In this document: positions 1 through 8,568 of the stretch, one piece after another | Layout of the letters: each line of letters begins with the position of its first letter | Numbering within the stretch: the first letter of the stretch is position 1 | Assembly (NCBI GenBank): GCA_016196885.1 | Contig: JACPWU010000058.1 | Coordinates: 94-32,093, forward strand | Length of the DNA: 32,000 nt | From: Chlamydiota bacterium | Lineage (GTDB): Bacteria > Auribacterota > JACPWU01 | Reading direction: 5' to 3' | Notes under the pieces: generated by a model | The model's database searches: none | What the model was told of the DNA's origin: nothing | Seen by the model: only the letters and a program-made list of their open reading frames with translations | Position numbers and translations under genes: made by a program

Positions 1-107
1 CTCTTGCGTTGCCCGAAGTGATACGTCAAAAATACGCTGGAAATCGAGAGGTGAAAAAAGGCGCATGCCTTTTATTTGAAGATATTGTTGAACAAATAAA
101 GGTTTAA
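1..107 (+). CDS. 3' end of an unidentified CDS (partial, C-terminal 34 codons)
   Basis: Frame 3 is open from the window edge (..LALPEVIRQKYAGNREVKKGACLLFEDIVEQIKV*) with a TAA stop at 105-107. A strong intrinsic terminator follows at 155-189. The product is not recognisable from the fragment. Confidence 0.3.
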   Translation, partial: LALPEVIRQKYAGNREVKKGACLLFEDIVEQIKV

Positions 108-154
108 GTTTTCGCTCCATATAGCGCTAAATATTAAATGTATTATCGAAACCA

Positions 155-189
155 TTGTATCCCATCTTCCAAGGGATACAAGTTTTTTT
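155..189 (+). terminator. Rho-independent terminator
   Basis: 9-bp stem TTGTATCCC (155-163) / GGGATACAA (173-181) with a 9-nt loop, then G plus a T7 run (183-189). It lies about 50 nt after the stop of the upstream partial CDS. Confidence 0.6.
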
Positions 190-324
190 GTTAAGTTCGC
201 TCATGAAGTCATTTTCTCCTTTTCCCGAGAACAAATGGGGTTGGACTCCTTCACAATTTTCCCTGGAAATAAGCCCTTCTTTCTGGTATGGTGACGCCTC
301 TTTACTGATAGAAGGGGAGTCAAA

Positions 325-1242
325 ATGGCTCAAGGGTTTCGTGTCAAAGTGCCTGCTTCAACCAGCAATTTGGGATCAGGTTTTGATACCTTAGGGCTTG
401 CGCTGGAAATGGTTAACGAAGTTGAGATTCATGTATCTGGGAAGTCCCTGTCTTTAAATATTGAAGGGGAAGGTGCTGGGGAGTTACCTGAAAATTCTAA
501 AAATCTCTTCATTCAGGCCATGAATTTGGTTTTTAGAGAGGTGGGGAAGTCTCGTCCCAAGGGCTTACAGATCCGAATGATCAACCGGATTCCTCTGGCT
601 CGAGGGCTGGGAAGCAGTGCCGCGACGATTATTTCAGGGGTTGTGGTAGGCAAGGCGCTTTGTCGTAAGTCTCTGACAGACAATGACCTTCTTAATCTTG
701 CCTTGAAACTTGAAGAGCATCCGGATAATTTGGTTCCTGCTCTAATAGGGGGGCTTTGTCTTTCTACTTTGGATGAAGAAAAAGCTGTTTTTTTGGGCCT
801 TCCTCTTCCGATGGGGATGCAAGTGGTCATGGTGATTCCGGATTTTAAGCTTTCCACGAAAAAGGCCCGAGCCATTCTTCCCAAAAAAGTTCCTTTCAAG
901 GATGCTGTCTTTAATGTAGGACGTTCTTCTTTCTTGACCGCGTCCTTGATAGCGGGTCGTTACGATCTTTTGCCTCTGGCTCTACAGGATCGTTTGCATC
1001 AGCCCTACCGTTTTGAAATGGCTCCCAAAATGAAAAAGATTTTTGAGATTGCATCCCATCTCTGTGGGGGAAGGGCGGCGATGAGTGGCGCTGGCCCCTC
1101 CATTCTCGCATTTACGAATCATCATGAAAATCCTTATGACGTCATACGGGCGCTGTCTGAAAATTTATCGCATCACAAAATTGGGGCTCAAGTGAAGCTT
1201 CTCAATGTGTCTCATCAAGGTGCGGTCGTGGAAGAGATGTAA
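325..1242 (+). CDS. thrB: homoserine kinase (GHMP kinase family)
   Basis: 305 aa. N-terminal VKVPASTSNLGSGFDTLGLAL and the GHMP motif PLARGLGSSAA are characteristic of ThrB. RBS GAAGGGGAG lies at about 311-319. Confidence 0.9.
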   Translation: MAQGFRVKVPASTSNLGSGFDTLGLALEMVNEVEIHVSGKSLSLNIEGEGAGELPENSKNLFIQAMNLVFREVGKSRPKGLQIRMINRIPLARGLGSSAATIISGVVVGKALCRKSLTDNDLLNLALKLEEHPDNLVPALIGGLCLSTLDEEKAVFLGLPLPMGMQVVMVIPDFKLSTKKARAILPKKVPFKDAVFNVGRSSFLTASLIAGRYDLLPLALQDRLHQPYRFEMAPKMKKIFEIASHLCGGRAAMSGAGPSILAFTNHHENPYDVIRALSENLSHHKIGAQVKLLNVSHQGAVVEEM

Positions 1243-1290
1243 GGACAGTTGTGGGTCGTGAGGGATGAGTCGTGAGTTAGAAATAAAAAG

Positions 1291-1319
1291 TTGACTTTCA
1301 GGGGGGCTTGGTCTAAATT
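1291..1319 (+). promoter_or_regulatory. candidate sigma70-type promoter for rpsU
   Basis: TTGACT (1291-1296), 17-nt spacer, TAAATT (1314-1319). It is about 30 nt upstream of the rpsU TTG start. Confidence 0.4.
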
Positions 1320-1347
1320 CTGTGTCACGTTAAGAGGGGAGACAGCT

Positions 1348-1518
1348 TTGACAAAGGTAATTTTAAAAAAAAATGAGTCGGTGGACAAGGCCTTGCGGCG
1401 GCTGAAAAAGAAAATTGATAAAGAGGGCATCATGAAGTCTTTGAAGCAGCATCGCCATTATGAGAAGCCCAGTCAGAAAAAACGCCGCAAGATGAAGGAA
1501 TCTCGGAGGAAGCGATAA
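1348..1518 (+). CDS. rpsU: 30S ribosomal protein S21
   Basis: (M)[55 protein letters not shown] matches the S21 pattern (ENES.D.ALRR.K....K.G......R..YEKPS..R). The TTG start at 1348 is preceded by the RBS AGAGGGGA (1333-1340). The longer ORF from 1291 would add a non-S21 extension. Confidence 0.9.
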   Translation: MTKVILKKNESVDKALRRLKKKIDKEGIMKSLKQHRHYEKPSQKKRRKMKESRRKR

Positions 1519-1592
1519 AAAAGTTTCTCTGGAATCTTTTCAGGATCCTGCTGAGCGGTGGGATCCTTTTTTATGTCTTTACGCGGCCAGAC

Positions 1593-2489
1593 ATGGATTT
1601 TCACGAGATGGGTCGGGCCGTTCGGCAACTTCCGCTCTTCAATCTCGTCACGGCCTTTTCCCTTTACGGTTTGGTTCTTCTCTTGGGATGTCTCAGGTGG
1701 GTTCTTCTCCTTCATGCCTTTCAGATTCGTGTTCGTTTTAACCTTGCCTTTCAACTTCTTTTCATAGGTCTTTTTTTTAACAATATGATGCCGAGCCTTA
1801 CCGGCGGGGATGTGGTGAAGGGTTATTATACGGCGAAGGGGACTTCTAAAAAAATGGAGGCGGTGGCTTCTATTTTATTGGACCGATTCTTTGGATTTTG
1901 TGGGATGTTTACCTTGGCAGCCGTGGGTTCTCTTTTTGCATGGTCTCATCCCGTGCTGGGTGGGGCGGCGAGAATTGTTTTGGTAGGCATCTTTATTTTT
2001 TTTCTGTCGGTCATCCTTTTTTTGAATCAAAAGATTTTTGGAAGGGTTCGTTTTTTGAAAAATGTTTTTGATAAAATCAAAGGCAGGGATGGAATTGTAA
2101 AGTTTTATGAGGCGCTGACAGGGGTCAAACACCATCGGGGGACTGTTCTAAAAGTATGGCTTTTGTCCATCATCATTCAGGCCCTTTTGGTAATTGTTAA
2201 TTTTCTTCTGGCTCGCGGCCTAGGGATTTCGGGTGTCAGCTTCGGACAATTTTTTGTCATCATTCCCATTGCGGCCTGTATCAGTGCGATGCCCATTTCT
2301 TTTGCGGGCTGGGGGATTGGGGAAGGGGCCTATCGTTCTCTTTTCATGATGTTTAACCCCGCCTACGGGGCTGTCGCCGTGATTCTTTCGATTGTCTATC
2401 GGCTGATCTGTTTGATTTATAGCCTCGCAGGGCTGCCGCTTTATTTGATGTATCGGGAAGGGGCGATTGAAAAAGAAGTCGTCAGTTGA
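1593..2489 (+). CDS. flippase-like / lysylphosphatidylglycerol-synthase-TM-domain (UPF0104) family membrane protein
   Basis: Polytopic membrane protein with the family-typical GGDVVKGYY motif. The frame is open back to 1464 and encodes a plausible first TM helix ([21 protein letters not shown]) upstream of the first ATG, so the true start is probably upstream (see finding). Confidence 0.75.
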   Translation: MDFHEMGRAVRQLPLFNLVTAFSLYGLVLLLGCLRWVLLLHAFQIRVRFNLAFQLLFIGLFFNNMMPSLTGGDVVKGYYTAKGTSKKMEAVASILLDRFFGFCGMFTLAAVGSLFAWSHPVLGGAARIVLVGIFIFFLSVILFLNQKIFGRVRFLKNVFDKIKGRDGIVKFYEALTGVKHHRGTVLKVWLLSIIIQALLVIVNFLLARGLGISGVSFGQFFVIIPIAACISAMPISFAGWGIGEGAYRSLFMMFNPAYGAVAVILSIVYRLICLIYSLAGLPLYLMYREGAIEKEVVS

Positions 2490-2588
2490 TCGTCGTTCGT
2501 ATTTCGTTAAAAATGAGAAACAGATAACGAGTAACAACTGAATTTAGAATTTGCTACAATATTGCAAAATTGCTAGGAGACTTTGATT

Positions 2589-3335
2589 ATGAAAGGCATC
2601 ATTTTAGCAGGTGGACTGGGAACACGGCTTTATCCTCTTACGAAAATTACCAACAAACATCTTTTGCCCATTTATGACAAGCCCATGATTTATTATCCCC
2701 TTCAGACGTTAGTGGAGGCAGGGATTGAAGACATCATGATTGTGACGGGCGGAAATCATGCGGGAGATTTCTTGAAGCTTCTGGGCAATGGTAAGGATTT
2801 TGGTTTGAAGGATTTAAATTATACTTATCAAGAGGGAGAAGGAGGAATCGCGGCTGCGCTTGCCCTGACGGAACATTTTTCAGATTCTGAAAAAGTGGTG
2901 GTTATTTTGGGAGATAACATTCTTGAGAAATCTATTAAGGAAGAAGTGAAGGCGTTTGCAAAACAAGCAAAAGGGGCCAGAATTTTATTAAAAAAGGTCT
3001 CGGATCCCGAACGTTTTGGGGTGCCTGCGCTAGAGGGGAAGAAAGTTGTTCGCATTGAAGAGAAACCTAAAGAGCCTCAGAGTCCCTATGCGGTGATTGG
3101 AGTTTATATGTATGATCCCAGTGTGTATGAAATTACGAGAACTTTAAAACCTTCTGGGCGTGGCGAGCTTGAAATCTCAGATGTGAACAATGCCTATATT
3201 CAGCAAGGAACGATGACGTGGAATTCGATTGAGGGTTGGTGGACGGATGCAGGAACTTTTGAATCGCTTTTCCGTGCATCACAATTGGTGGCAGAGAAGA
3301 AATTTCAAGTTTTGGGTTCCGGGTTACGAGTTTGA
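2589..3335 (+). CDS. rmlA: sugar-1-phosphate nucleotidyltransferase, glucose-1-phosphate thymidylyltransferase-like (short form)
   Basis: MKGIILAGGLGTRLYPLTKITNKHLLPIYDKPMIYYPL is the canonical RmlA/NTP-transferase N-terminus. The ATG at 2589 follows the RBS AGGAGA (2575-2580). Substrate specificity is not certain, as the protein is about 248 aa and shorter than classical RmlA. Confidence 0.75.
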   Translation: MKGIILAGGLGTRLYPLTKITNKHLLPIYDKPMIYYPLQTLVEAGIEDIMIVTGGNHAGDFLKLLGNGKDFGLKDLNYTYQEGEGGIAAALALTEHFSDSEKVVVILGDNILEKSIKEEVKAFAKQAKGARILLKKVSDPERFGVPALEGKKVVRIEEKPKEPQSPYAVIGVYMYDPSVYEITRTLKPSGRGELEISDVNNAYIQQGTMTWNSIEGWWTDAGTFESLFRASQLVAEKKFQVLGSGLRV

Positions 3336-3355
3336 AAAATCAATAGGTAGAAATC

Positions 3356-4360
3356 GTGCAAAAATATTTGGTCACAGGCGGAGCAGGCTTCATTGGATCT
3401 AACTTTGTTCATTATCTCCTTTCCAAAAGGAAAGACTGCCAGGTGGTCAATTTGGATAAATTGACTTACGCTGGAAATTTAGAAAATTTGGCCGATTTAA
3501 AAATGGAGGCTCGGTATCAATTTGTGAAAGGGGACATTGCGGATGAAGCTTGTGTGGATCAGATTTTTAAATCTGGGATCGATGTCGTCGTGAATTTTGC
3601 GGCTGAGACCCATGTGGACCGCTCGATTGAAAATCCAACGGATTTTATCAAGACGGATGTCTATGGGACTTATGTCCTTTTGGAGGCGGCCCGCCGATAT
3701 GGCGTGAAAAAATTTATTCAGATTTCGACAGATGAAGTTTATGGAAGCATCGAAAAAGGCTCTTTCCGAGAGACCGATCCTCTGATGCCCAGAAATCCAT
3801 ATTCAGCGAGCAAGGCGGGGGCGGATCGCCTCGCCTATTCTTATTGGGCAACTTATCAATTACCTGTGGTTATCACTCGGGCCTCCAATAATTTTGGGCC
3901 TTATCAATATCCTGAAAAATTTATTTCTCTTTCCGTGACGAATTTGCTAGAGGGAAAAACCATTCCGATTTATGGCGATGGCCGAAATGTGAGGGATTGG
4001 CTTTATGTGGGGGATCATTGTGCGGCCGTTGATTTCCTGGTAGATCAAGGAAAGGATGGCGAGGTCTATAATGTTGCCGGAGGAAATGAAAAAGAAAATA
4101 TCGAGATTGCAAAAGAAATGGTGTGCTATTTAAAGGGTTCTCAAGATTCCATTCAATTTGTGAAGGATCGTTTGGGGCATGACCGCCGTTATTCCTTAAA
4201 TGCGGACAAATTAAAAGTCCTCGGCTGGAAACCAAAATCTTCATTTTTGACGGCTCTTCATGAGACCCTAGATTGGTACCAGAAAAATGAAGTTTGGTGG
4301 AAGAAGATCAAGTCGGGCAAGTTTAAACAGTACTATCAAAAACAGTATGAGCTTAGGTAG
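3356..4360 (+). CDS. rmlB: dTDP-glucose 4,6-dehydratase
   Basis: 334 aa. Carries TGGAGFIGSNF (Rossmann fold), the YSASKAGADRL catalytic YxxxK, and a DEVYG motif. GTG start. Confidence 0.92.
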   Translation: MQKYLVTGGAGFIGSNFVHYLLSKRKDCQVVNLDKLTYAGNLENLADLKMEARYQFVKGDIADEACVDQIFKSGIDVVVNFAAETHVDRSIENPTDFIKTDVYGTYVLLEAARRYGVKKFIQISTDEVYGSIEKGSFRETDPLMPRNPYSASKAGADRLAYSYWATYQLPVVITRASNNFGPYQYPEKFISLSVTNLLEGKTIPIYGDGRNVRDWLYVGDHCAAVDFLVDQGKDGEVYNVAGGNEKENIEIAKEMVCYLKGSQDSIQFVKDRLGHDRRYSLNADKLKVLGWKPKSSFLTALHETLDWYQKNEVWWKKIKSGKFKQYYQKQYELR

Positions 4361-5222
4361 ACAAAGGGTTTTGATATTGGGTGCCAACGGGATGTTGGGT
4401 TCTGATCTCGTTCAAGTTTTGAAAGGCGATTTTGAAGTTTTCCCTTTCAGTCATCACGAGTTAGATATCACTCAGGTCTCTGAAATCGAGAGAACTTTAA
4501 AAACGATTCGGCCGGCCATTCTTATCAATGCGGCTAGTTATACGAAGGTAGATGATTGTGAGACGAAAGAACCTTTGGCCCAGGCTGTGAATGGAGAGGC
4601 TGTGGGCAGTATGGCTCGGCTTTGTCAGGAACAGAACGTTTTTCTCGTCCATTTCAGTACGGATTATGTTTTTGATGGATTGAAAAGGACTCCTTATGTG
4701 GAAGAGGACAAGACCCATCCCATCAATGCTTATGGCCGATCTAAGCTCAAAGGCGAGGAGGCCATTTTCAAGAATTTAAAAAATTTTTTGTTGGTTCGAA
4801 CCTCGTGGCTGTACGGTTTAAAGGGCTCTAATTTTGTAGATAAAATGATAGAATTGGCTCGGTCTAATCCTGAAAAAGGATTGAGGGTGGTGGGTGATCA
4901 AGAGGGGTCTCCGACTTATACGAGAGATTTGGCGAAGGCGATCGTTTTTTTGTTGGGGCATCAGGCCAAAGGTCTTATTCATGTGACGAATTCAGGGATG
5001 TGCAGTTGGTACGATTTTGCGGTTCAAATTTTAAAAGTTGCGGGTCTTGGAAATGTTCCAATTCAAGTAGTGACGTCTGATCAATTTCGCAGTCCCACGC
5101 GTCGCCCTTTCTATTCTGTACTTTCGAATGCCCGGCTCGAGAAAGAATATGGTTTTAAAATGAGGCCTTGGCCGGAGGCTTTGGAAGAATATTTAAAGGT
5201 TCAGAAAGGAGTTCATCCATGA
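4347..5222 (+). CDS. rmlD: dTDP-4-dehydrorhamnose reductase-like (RmlD family SDR)
   Basis: RVLILGANGMLGSDL, NAASYTKVDDCE, FSTDYVFDG and YGRSKLKGE are RmlD hallmarks. I prefer the ATG at 4347 (14-nt overlap with rmlB) to the longest-ORF start at 4287. Confidence 0.88.
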   Translation: MSLGRQRVLILGANGMLGSDLVQVLKGDFEVFPFSHHELDITQVSEIERTLKTIRPAILINAASYTKVDDCETKEPLAQAVNGEAVGSMARLCQEQNVFLVHFSTDYVFDGLKRTPYVEEDKTHPINAYGRSKLKGEEAIFKNLKNFLLVRTSWLYGLKGSNFVDKMIELARSNPEKGLRVVGDQEGSPTYTRDLAKAIVFLLGHQAKGLIHVTNSGMCSWYDFAVQILKVAGLGNVPIQVVTSDQFRSPTRRPFYSVLSNARLEKEYGFKMRPWPEALEEYLKVQKGVHP

Positions 5223-5386
5223 TCGACAAAGAGTTGCTAGACATCTTGGCCTGTCCCGCTTGTCATGGAGATGTCCAGCTGAAAGACGAAAAAATCTGCT
5301 GTCAAAGTTGCGGACGGCGTTATCCTGTTCGGGATGGAATTCCCATCATGTTGGTAGATGAGGCTGAAAAAGGAAGTGGCTCTTAA
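5219..5386 (+). CDS. Trm112/YcaR (UPF0434) family zinc-ribbon protein
   Basis: MIDKELLDILACPACHGDVQLKDEKICCQSCGRRYPVRDGIPIMLVDEA is the family signature. The ATG overlaps the rmlD stop (ATGA at 5219-5222). Confidence 0.8.
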   Translation: MIDKELLDILACPACHGDVQLKDEKICCQSCGRRYPVRDGIPIMLVDEAEKGSGS

Positions 5387-6626
5387 AAAACATCCCTTTC
5401 TAGACGCCTTAAGAATCCACGATGTACGGCTCTTCATCGGTTCTACCGCCTTTTTTACCCTGGCGAGTCGTGCTTTACTCGTCGTCATCGGTTTTCAAAT
5501 TTATCGGCTGACGCACAATCCCCGGGCGCTGGGCTGGCTGGGACTGGTCGAGGCGATCCCCGCCATTTCTCTTGTTTTTTTCGGAGGCTATGTTGCGGAT
5601 TATTTCAACCGCCGAAAAATTCTTCTCATCACCCGGGCTGTCTCGTGTCTTTGCGCCATTTTTCTAGCGTTCCTCTCGTGGAAAGATCATCAAACCTGTT
5701 TGATCGGGTTGTACCTCGTCATTTTTATCGCTGGAGTCGCACGTGGATTTGCGGATCCGGCGAATACCGCTTTTGAATCCCAGGTGGTTCCAAAAAATCT
5801 CACTGTGAATGCAGCGTCGTGGATCAGCAGCACTTGGGTGAGTTGTTCTGTACTGGGTCCTGCCGCAATCGGTTTCATTTTTGATGCCTGGGGGGCCAAG
5901 GGATCCTATCTCATCATTGCATTGGGTTTTGTTCTTTCTTGGATTTGCATGTTCATGATTCCTCTGAAAATTCAAGCCATTCCTCAACAAAGGGAATCTG
6001 TGTTAAAGGGCATTCGGGTAGGATGGCATTTTGTCTTGAAACATCCCTCTCTCTTGGCGGCAATGGCGCTCGATTTATTTGCAGTTCTCTTTGGGGGAGC
6101 GATTGCACTTTTACCTATTTATGCGGATGATATTCTTCATGTTGGGGCCAAGGGTTTGGGACTTTTGAACGCCTCTCCCTCTTTGGGTGCATTGATGATA
6201 AGCCTGATGGCCACCCGTTATCCCCCGATTCACAGGGCCGGTCGCAATCTTCTCTTGGCCGTTTGTGGATTCGGAATCAGCATTGTCGTTTTCGCGTTTT
6301 CAAAACATTTTTGGCTTTCGATGACGGCTCTATTTTTAAGCGGAACCTTTGATGGTGTGAGCGTGGTGATTCGCCGTTCCATGATCCGGCTCTTGTCACC
6401 GGATCATTTGCGCGGGCGCATCGCCTCGGTCGGCTGGGTCTTCATTTGCGCGTCGAACGAATTAGGCGCCTTTGAAAGCGGGATGTTGGCCTCTTGGATC
6501 GGAACCCTTCCCTGCGTGGCCGTGGGTGGTGTGATCACATTGGGAGTGGTGGCCCTTACGGCTACCTTTGCGAAGCAGCTCCGTGTTTTAAGCTTTGATT
6601 CTCGTACGATGGAGCGTGTGATTTAA
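5358..6626 (+). CDS. MFS transporter (MFS_3/EntS-like architecture)
   Basis: 422 aa with about 12 predicted TM helices and the typical N-terminus (RIHDVRLFIGSTAFFTLASR). The start is uncertain (ATG 5358 or GTG 5376), and either choice overlaps the Trm112-like gene. Confidence 0.85.
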   Translation: MRLKKEVALKKHPFLDALRIHDVRLFIGSTAFFTLASRALLVVIGFQIYRLTHNPRALGWLGLVEAIPAISLVFFGGYVADYFNRRKILLITRAVSCLCAIFLAFLSWKDHQTCLIGLYLVIFIAGVARGFADPANTAFESQVVPKNLTVNAASWISSTWVSCSVLGPAAIGFIFDAWGAKGSYLIIALGFVLSWICMFMIPLKIQAIPQQRESVLKGIRVGWHFVLKHPSLLAAMALDLFAVLFGGAIALLPIYADDILHVGAKGLGLLNASPSLGALMISLMATRYPPIHRAGRNLLLAVCGFGISIVVFAFSKHFWLSMTALFLSGTFDGVSVVIRRSMIRLLSPDHLRGRIASVGWVFICASNELGAFESGMLASWIGTLPCVAVGGVITLGVVALTATFAKQLRVLSFDSRTMERVI

Positions 6627-7667
6627 AAGCTTCGCAAAGTTTCGGGAAGCGCGCTTTTTCCAGAGGCCTTTTTCATAGGCATAGGCGGCTAGAATAGGCA
6701 GTGAGAGGGTCGCCTCCGAAAAAACCATTTGCTCGTGAACTGTGCTGACTTTGCCCCAAGAGCTGGCTTCTTTAAGCGTCGAAGAGGAACAGGCGCCGTC
6801 GCGGACGTCGGCAACGGTTATTTGCACCGCATATTTATGAACTGGAACTTCTTTGCCTAGGACTTCTGCACAGACAACGGTGTCTTGAGAAAAGTTCTTT
6901 GGGACACCGCCCCCAATCATGAGAAGTCCTGAATCATGGCTCTTCAATTTAATTTGAGTGAGTTCGGAAAAATCTGCAATGGAATCAATGCTCATGTGTT
7001 TCTTCGGATTTCTGGTTTGGTGGAGTACCAATCCAAAGCCTGCAGAAGAATCGCTGAATGCAGGACAGAAAATGGGGACCTGGTACTCGTAAGCCGTCTG
7101 GACCAATGAATTTTTCTTCTTGGAATTTTTCTTTAGCCATTTTCCCATTTCCCAAATGAAGGCCCTGGAAGAATAGGGGCGGGGCTCTAGTGAATCAGCC
7201 ATTTCTGAAATGGTTTTATCGCAGGCCTGTAACTCTTCTTCATCAATAAAGGTATCGTAAATGCGGTCAATGTAGAGGCTTCTCAAGAGGCTGTCGTCAA
7301 TAAAAGGGGTTCCCTTATAATGTTTGAAGCCGAGGGCCTCAAAAAAATCCATGTCCACAATGGAGGCTCCGGTGGCCACAATGACATCCACCATGTTGTT
7401 TTTGACCATGTCCACATAGACATCCATGCAGCCAGCCGCGCTCGTACTGCCGGCCAGTGTCAGCCACACGGAACAGTTTTCATCTGCAAGCATCATGTTG
7501 TAAATGTCGGCTGCTCGCGCTAAATCCCGAGCAGAAAAAGACATTTTTCGATAGGAATCTACCAGGGATGAGACCTTGAGTTTCTTGATATCAATGTGCT
7601 CAATGGGGACTTTCAGCAATTCTCTTTTTGTCATTTTCATAGTTGGCTCATTTAAATAATGCGACAC
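6588..7667 (-). CDS. deoxyhypusine synthase family protein (DHS/homospermidine-synthase-like)
   Basis: LTLAGSTSAAGCMDVYVDMVKNNMVDVIVATGASIVDMD, MIGGGVPKNF and DGACSSSTLKEASSWGKV match DHS-family motifs. It is the only minus-strand gene. The start is uncertain (GTG 7667, or ATG 7640/7634). Confidence 0.85.
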   Translation of the reverse strand: MSHYLNEPTMKMTKRELLKVPIEHIDIKKLKVSSLVDSYRKMSFSARDLARAADIYNMMLADENCSVWLTLAGSTSAAGCMDVYVDMVKNNMVDVIVATGASIVDMDFFEALGFKHYKGTPFIDDSLLRSLYIDRIYDTFIDEEELQACDKTISEMADSLEPRPYSSRAFIWEMGKWLKKNSKKKNSLVQTAYEYQVPIFCPAFSDSSAGFGLVLHQTRNPKKHMSIDSIADFSELTQIKLKSHDSGLLMIGGGVPKNFSQDTVVCAEVLGKEVPVHKYAVQITVADVRDGACSSSTLKEASSWGKVSTVHEQMVFSEATLSLPILAAYAYEKGLWKKRASRNFAKLLNHTLHRTRIKA

Positions 7668-7713
7668 AAATTAACAATTCTAATTCTAGATTTCAACTGA
7701 TAAATATGTAAAA

Positions 7714-8568
7714 ATGAAAGGAACTTCAGGAATGATCTTCATGGTAAAAAGAGACGTAAGGTCTGAAACGATCATTGATGAGCGCCGCACATGGTTTTTT
7801 TTAGATGGGAAGTCTCTTTTGGGTTATCGAGATCTTCTTTTTCTGATGGTGAGAAGAGAATGGGTGGCGAAGTATAAACAAACCCTTCTGGGCCCTTTTT
7901 GGTTTCTTCTGCAACCCCTTTTGTTGACCTCTGTGTTCAGTCTGGTTTTCGGAAAAATCATTCGAGTCCCGACCCAAGGTATTCCCATGCTTTCGTTTTA
8001 TCTTTGCGGACTCTTGCCCTGGGCTTTTTTTTCGCAATGTCTGAACTCCATCTCTAATTGTTTGGTAGATCAGGCCCCTTTGTTTGCAAAGGTTTATTTT
8101 CCCCGGCTGATCATTCCTTTGTCACTGGTATTGTCTCATTTGATGACCTTTTTAATTCAGGTTATTTTTTTCTTAGGCGTGAGCTTCAGCTTCAGTCCGC
8201 GTTTTCTCATGCTTCCTTTTTGTGTTCTTCACACGGCTCTTTTGGGTTCGGGCGTTGGGCTTTTGTTTTCAGCGATGACGGCGAAGTACCGGGATCTGAA
8301 ATTTCTTCTGGGGTTTTTAACGCAGGTCTGGATGTATGGAACGCCGATTGTTTATCCCCTCACTCTTGTTCCAGAAAAGTGGAGATGGATTTCCGAAATA
8401 AATCCCCTGACAGCTGTGATCGAGGAATATCGGCATTTTTATTTTGGCACGCCCTTTGTGATTCATCCTCAAATGATGGCTCTTTCGATTTTGTTCACCC
8501 TTTTCGTTTTTCTAACAGGACTTTTGATGTTTAACCGAGTGCAAGAAACCTTTGTGGATTTTGTCTAA
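7714..8568 (+). CDS. wzm: ABC-2 type polysaccharide/O-antigen export permease
   Basis: YRDLLFLMVRREWVAKYKQTLLGPFWFLLQPLL is the Wzm/TagG N-terminal signature, and there are 6 TM helices. The start may be the ATG at 7732 or 7741. Confidence 0.85.
   Translation: MKGTSGMIFMVKRDVRSETIIDERRTWFFLDGKSLLGYRDLLFLMVRREWVAKYKQTLLGPFWFLLQPLLLTSVFSLVFGKIIRVPTQGIPMLSFYLCGLLPWAFFSQCLNSISNCLVDQAPLFAKVYFPRLIIPLSLVLSHLMTFLIQVIFFLGVSFSFSPRFLMLPFCVLHTALLGSGVGLLFSAMTAKYRDLKFLLGFLTQVWMYGTPIVYPLTLVPEKWRWISEINPLTAVIEEYRHFYFGTPFVIHPQMMALSILFTLFVFLTGLLMFNRVQETFVDFV

Noticed and set aside
127-333. 68-aa minus-strand ORF in the gap upstream of thrB
   Set aside because: It runs antisense across the intrinsic terminator and the thrB RBS and start. 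It has no recognisable family signature and no convincing RBS at its first start. It is most likely a chance ORF in intergenic DNA.
513-899. 128-aa ORF antisense to thrB. Similar shadow ORFs occur at 8058-8534, 15577-16113, 24635-25105 and 28320-28700.
   Set aside because: Each lies wholly inside a gene with strong family motifs on the other strand or frame. Their translations are Arg/Ser/Pro-rich or low-complexity with no motifs. These are typical shadow ORFs.
1291-1347. N-terminal extension of rpsU from the TTG at 1291 (75-aa ORF)
   Set aside because: The extension ([19 protein letters not shown]) is not S21-like. The TTG at 1291 is the first half of a good -35 hexamer. An in-frame TTG at 1348 with a strong RBS gives a canonical-length S21.
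2530-2580. Small palindrome CAATATTG within TTGCTACAATATTGCAAAATTGCTAG upstream of rmlA as an operator
   Set aside because: It is only an 8-bp AT-rich palindrome, which is expected by chance. There is no second copy and no nearby regulator. It may simply contain a TACAAT -10.
4287-4346. Longest-ORF start of rmlD at 4287
   Set aside because: It would add 20 residues (MKFGGRRSSRASLNSTIKNS) encoded entirely within the rmlB 3' end. RmlD proteins start just before the GxxGxxG motif, which fits the ATG at 4347.
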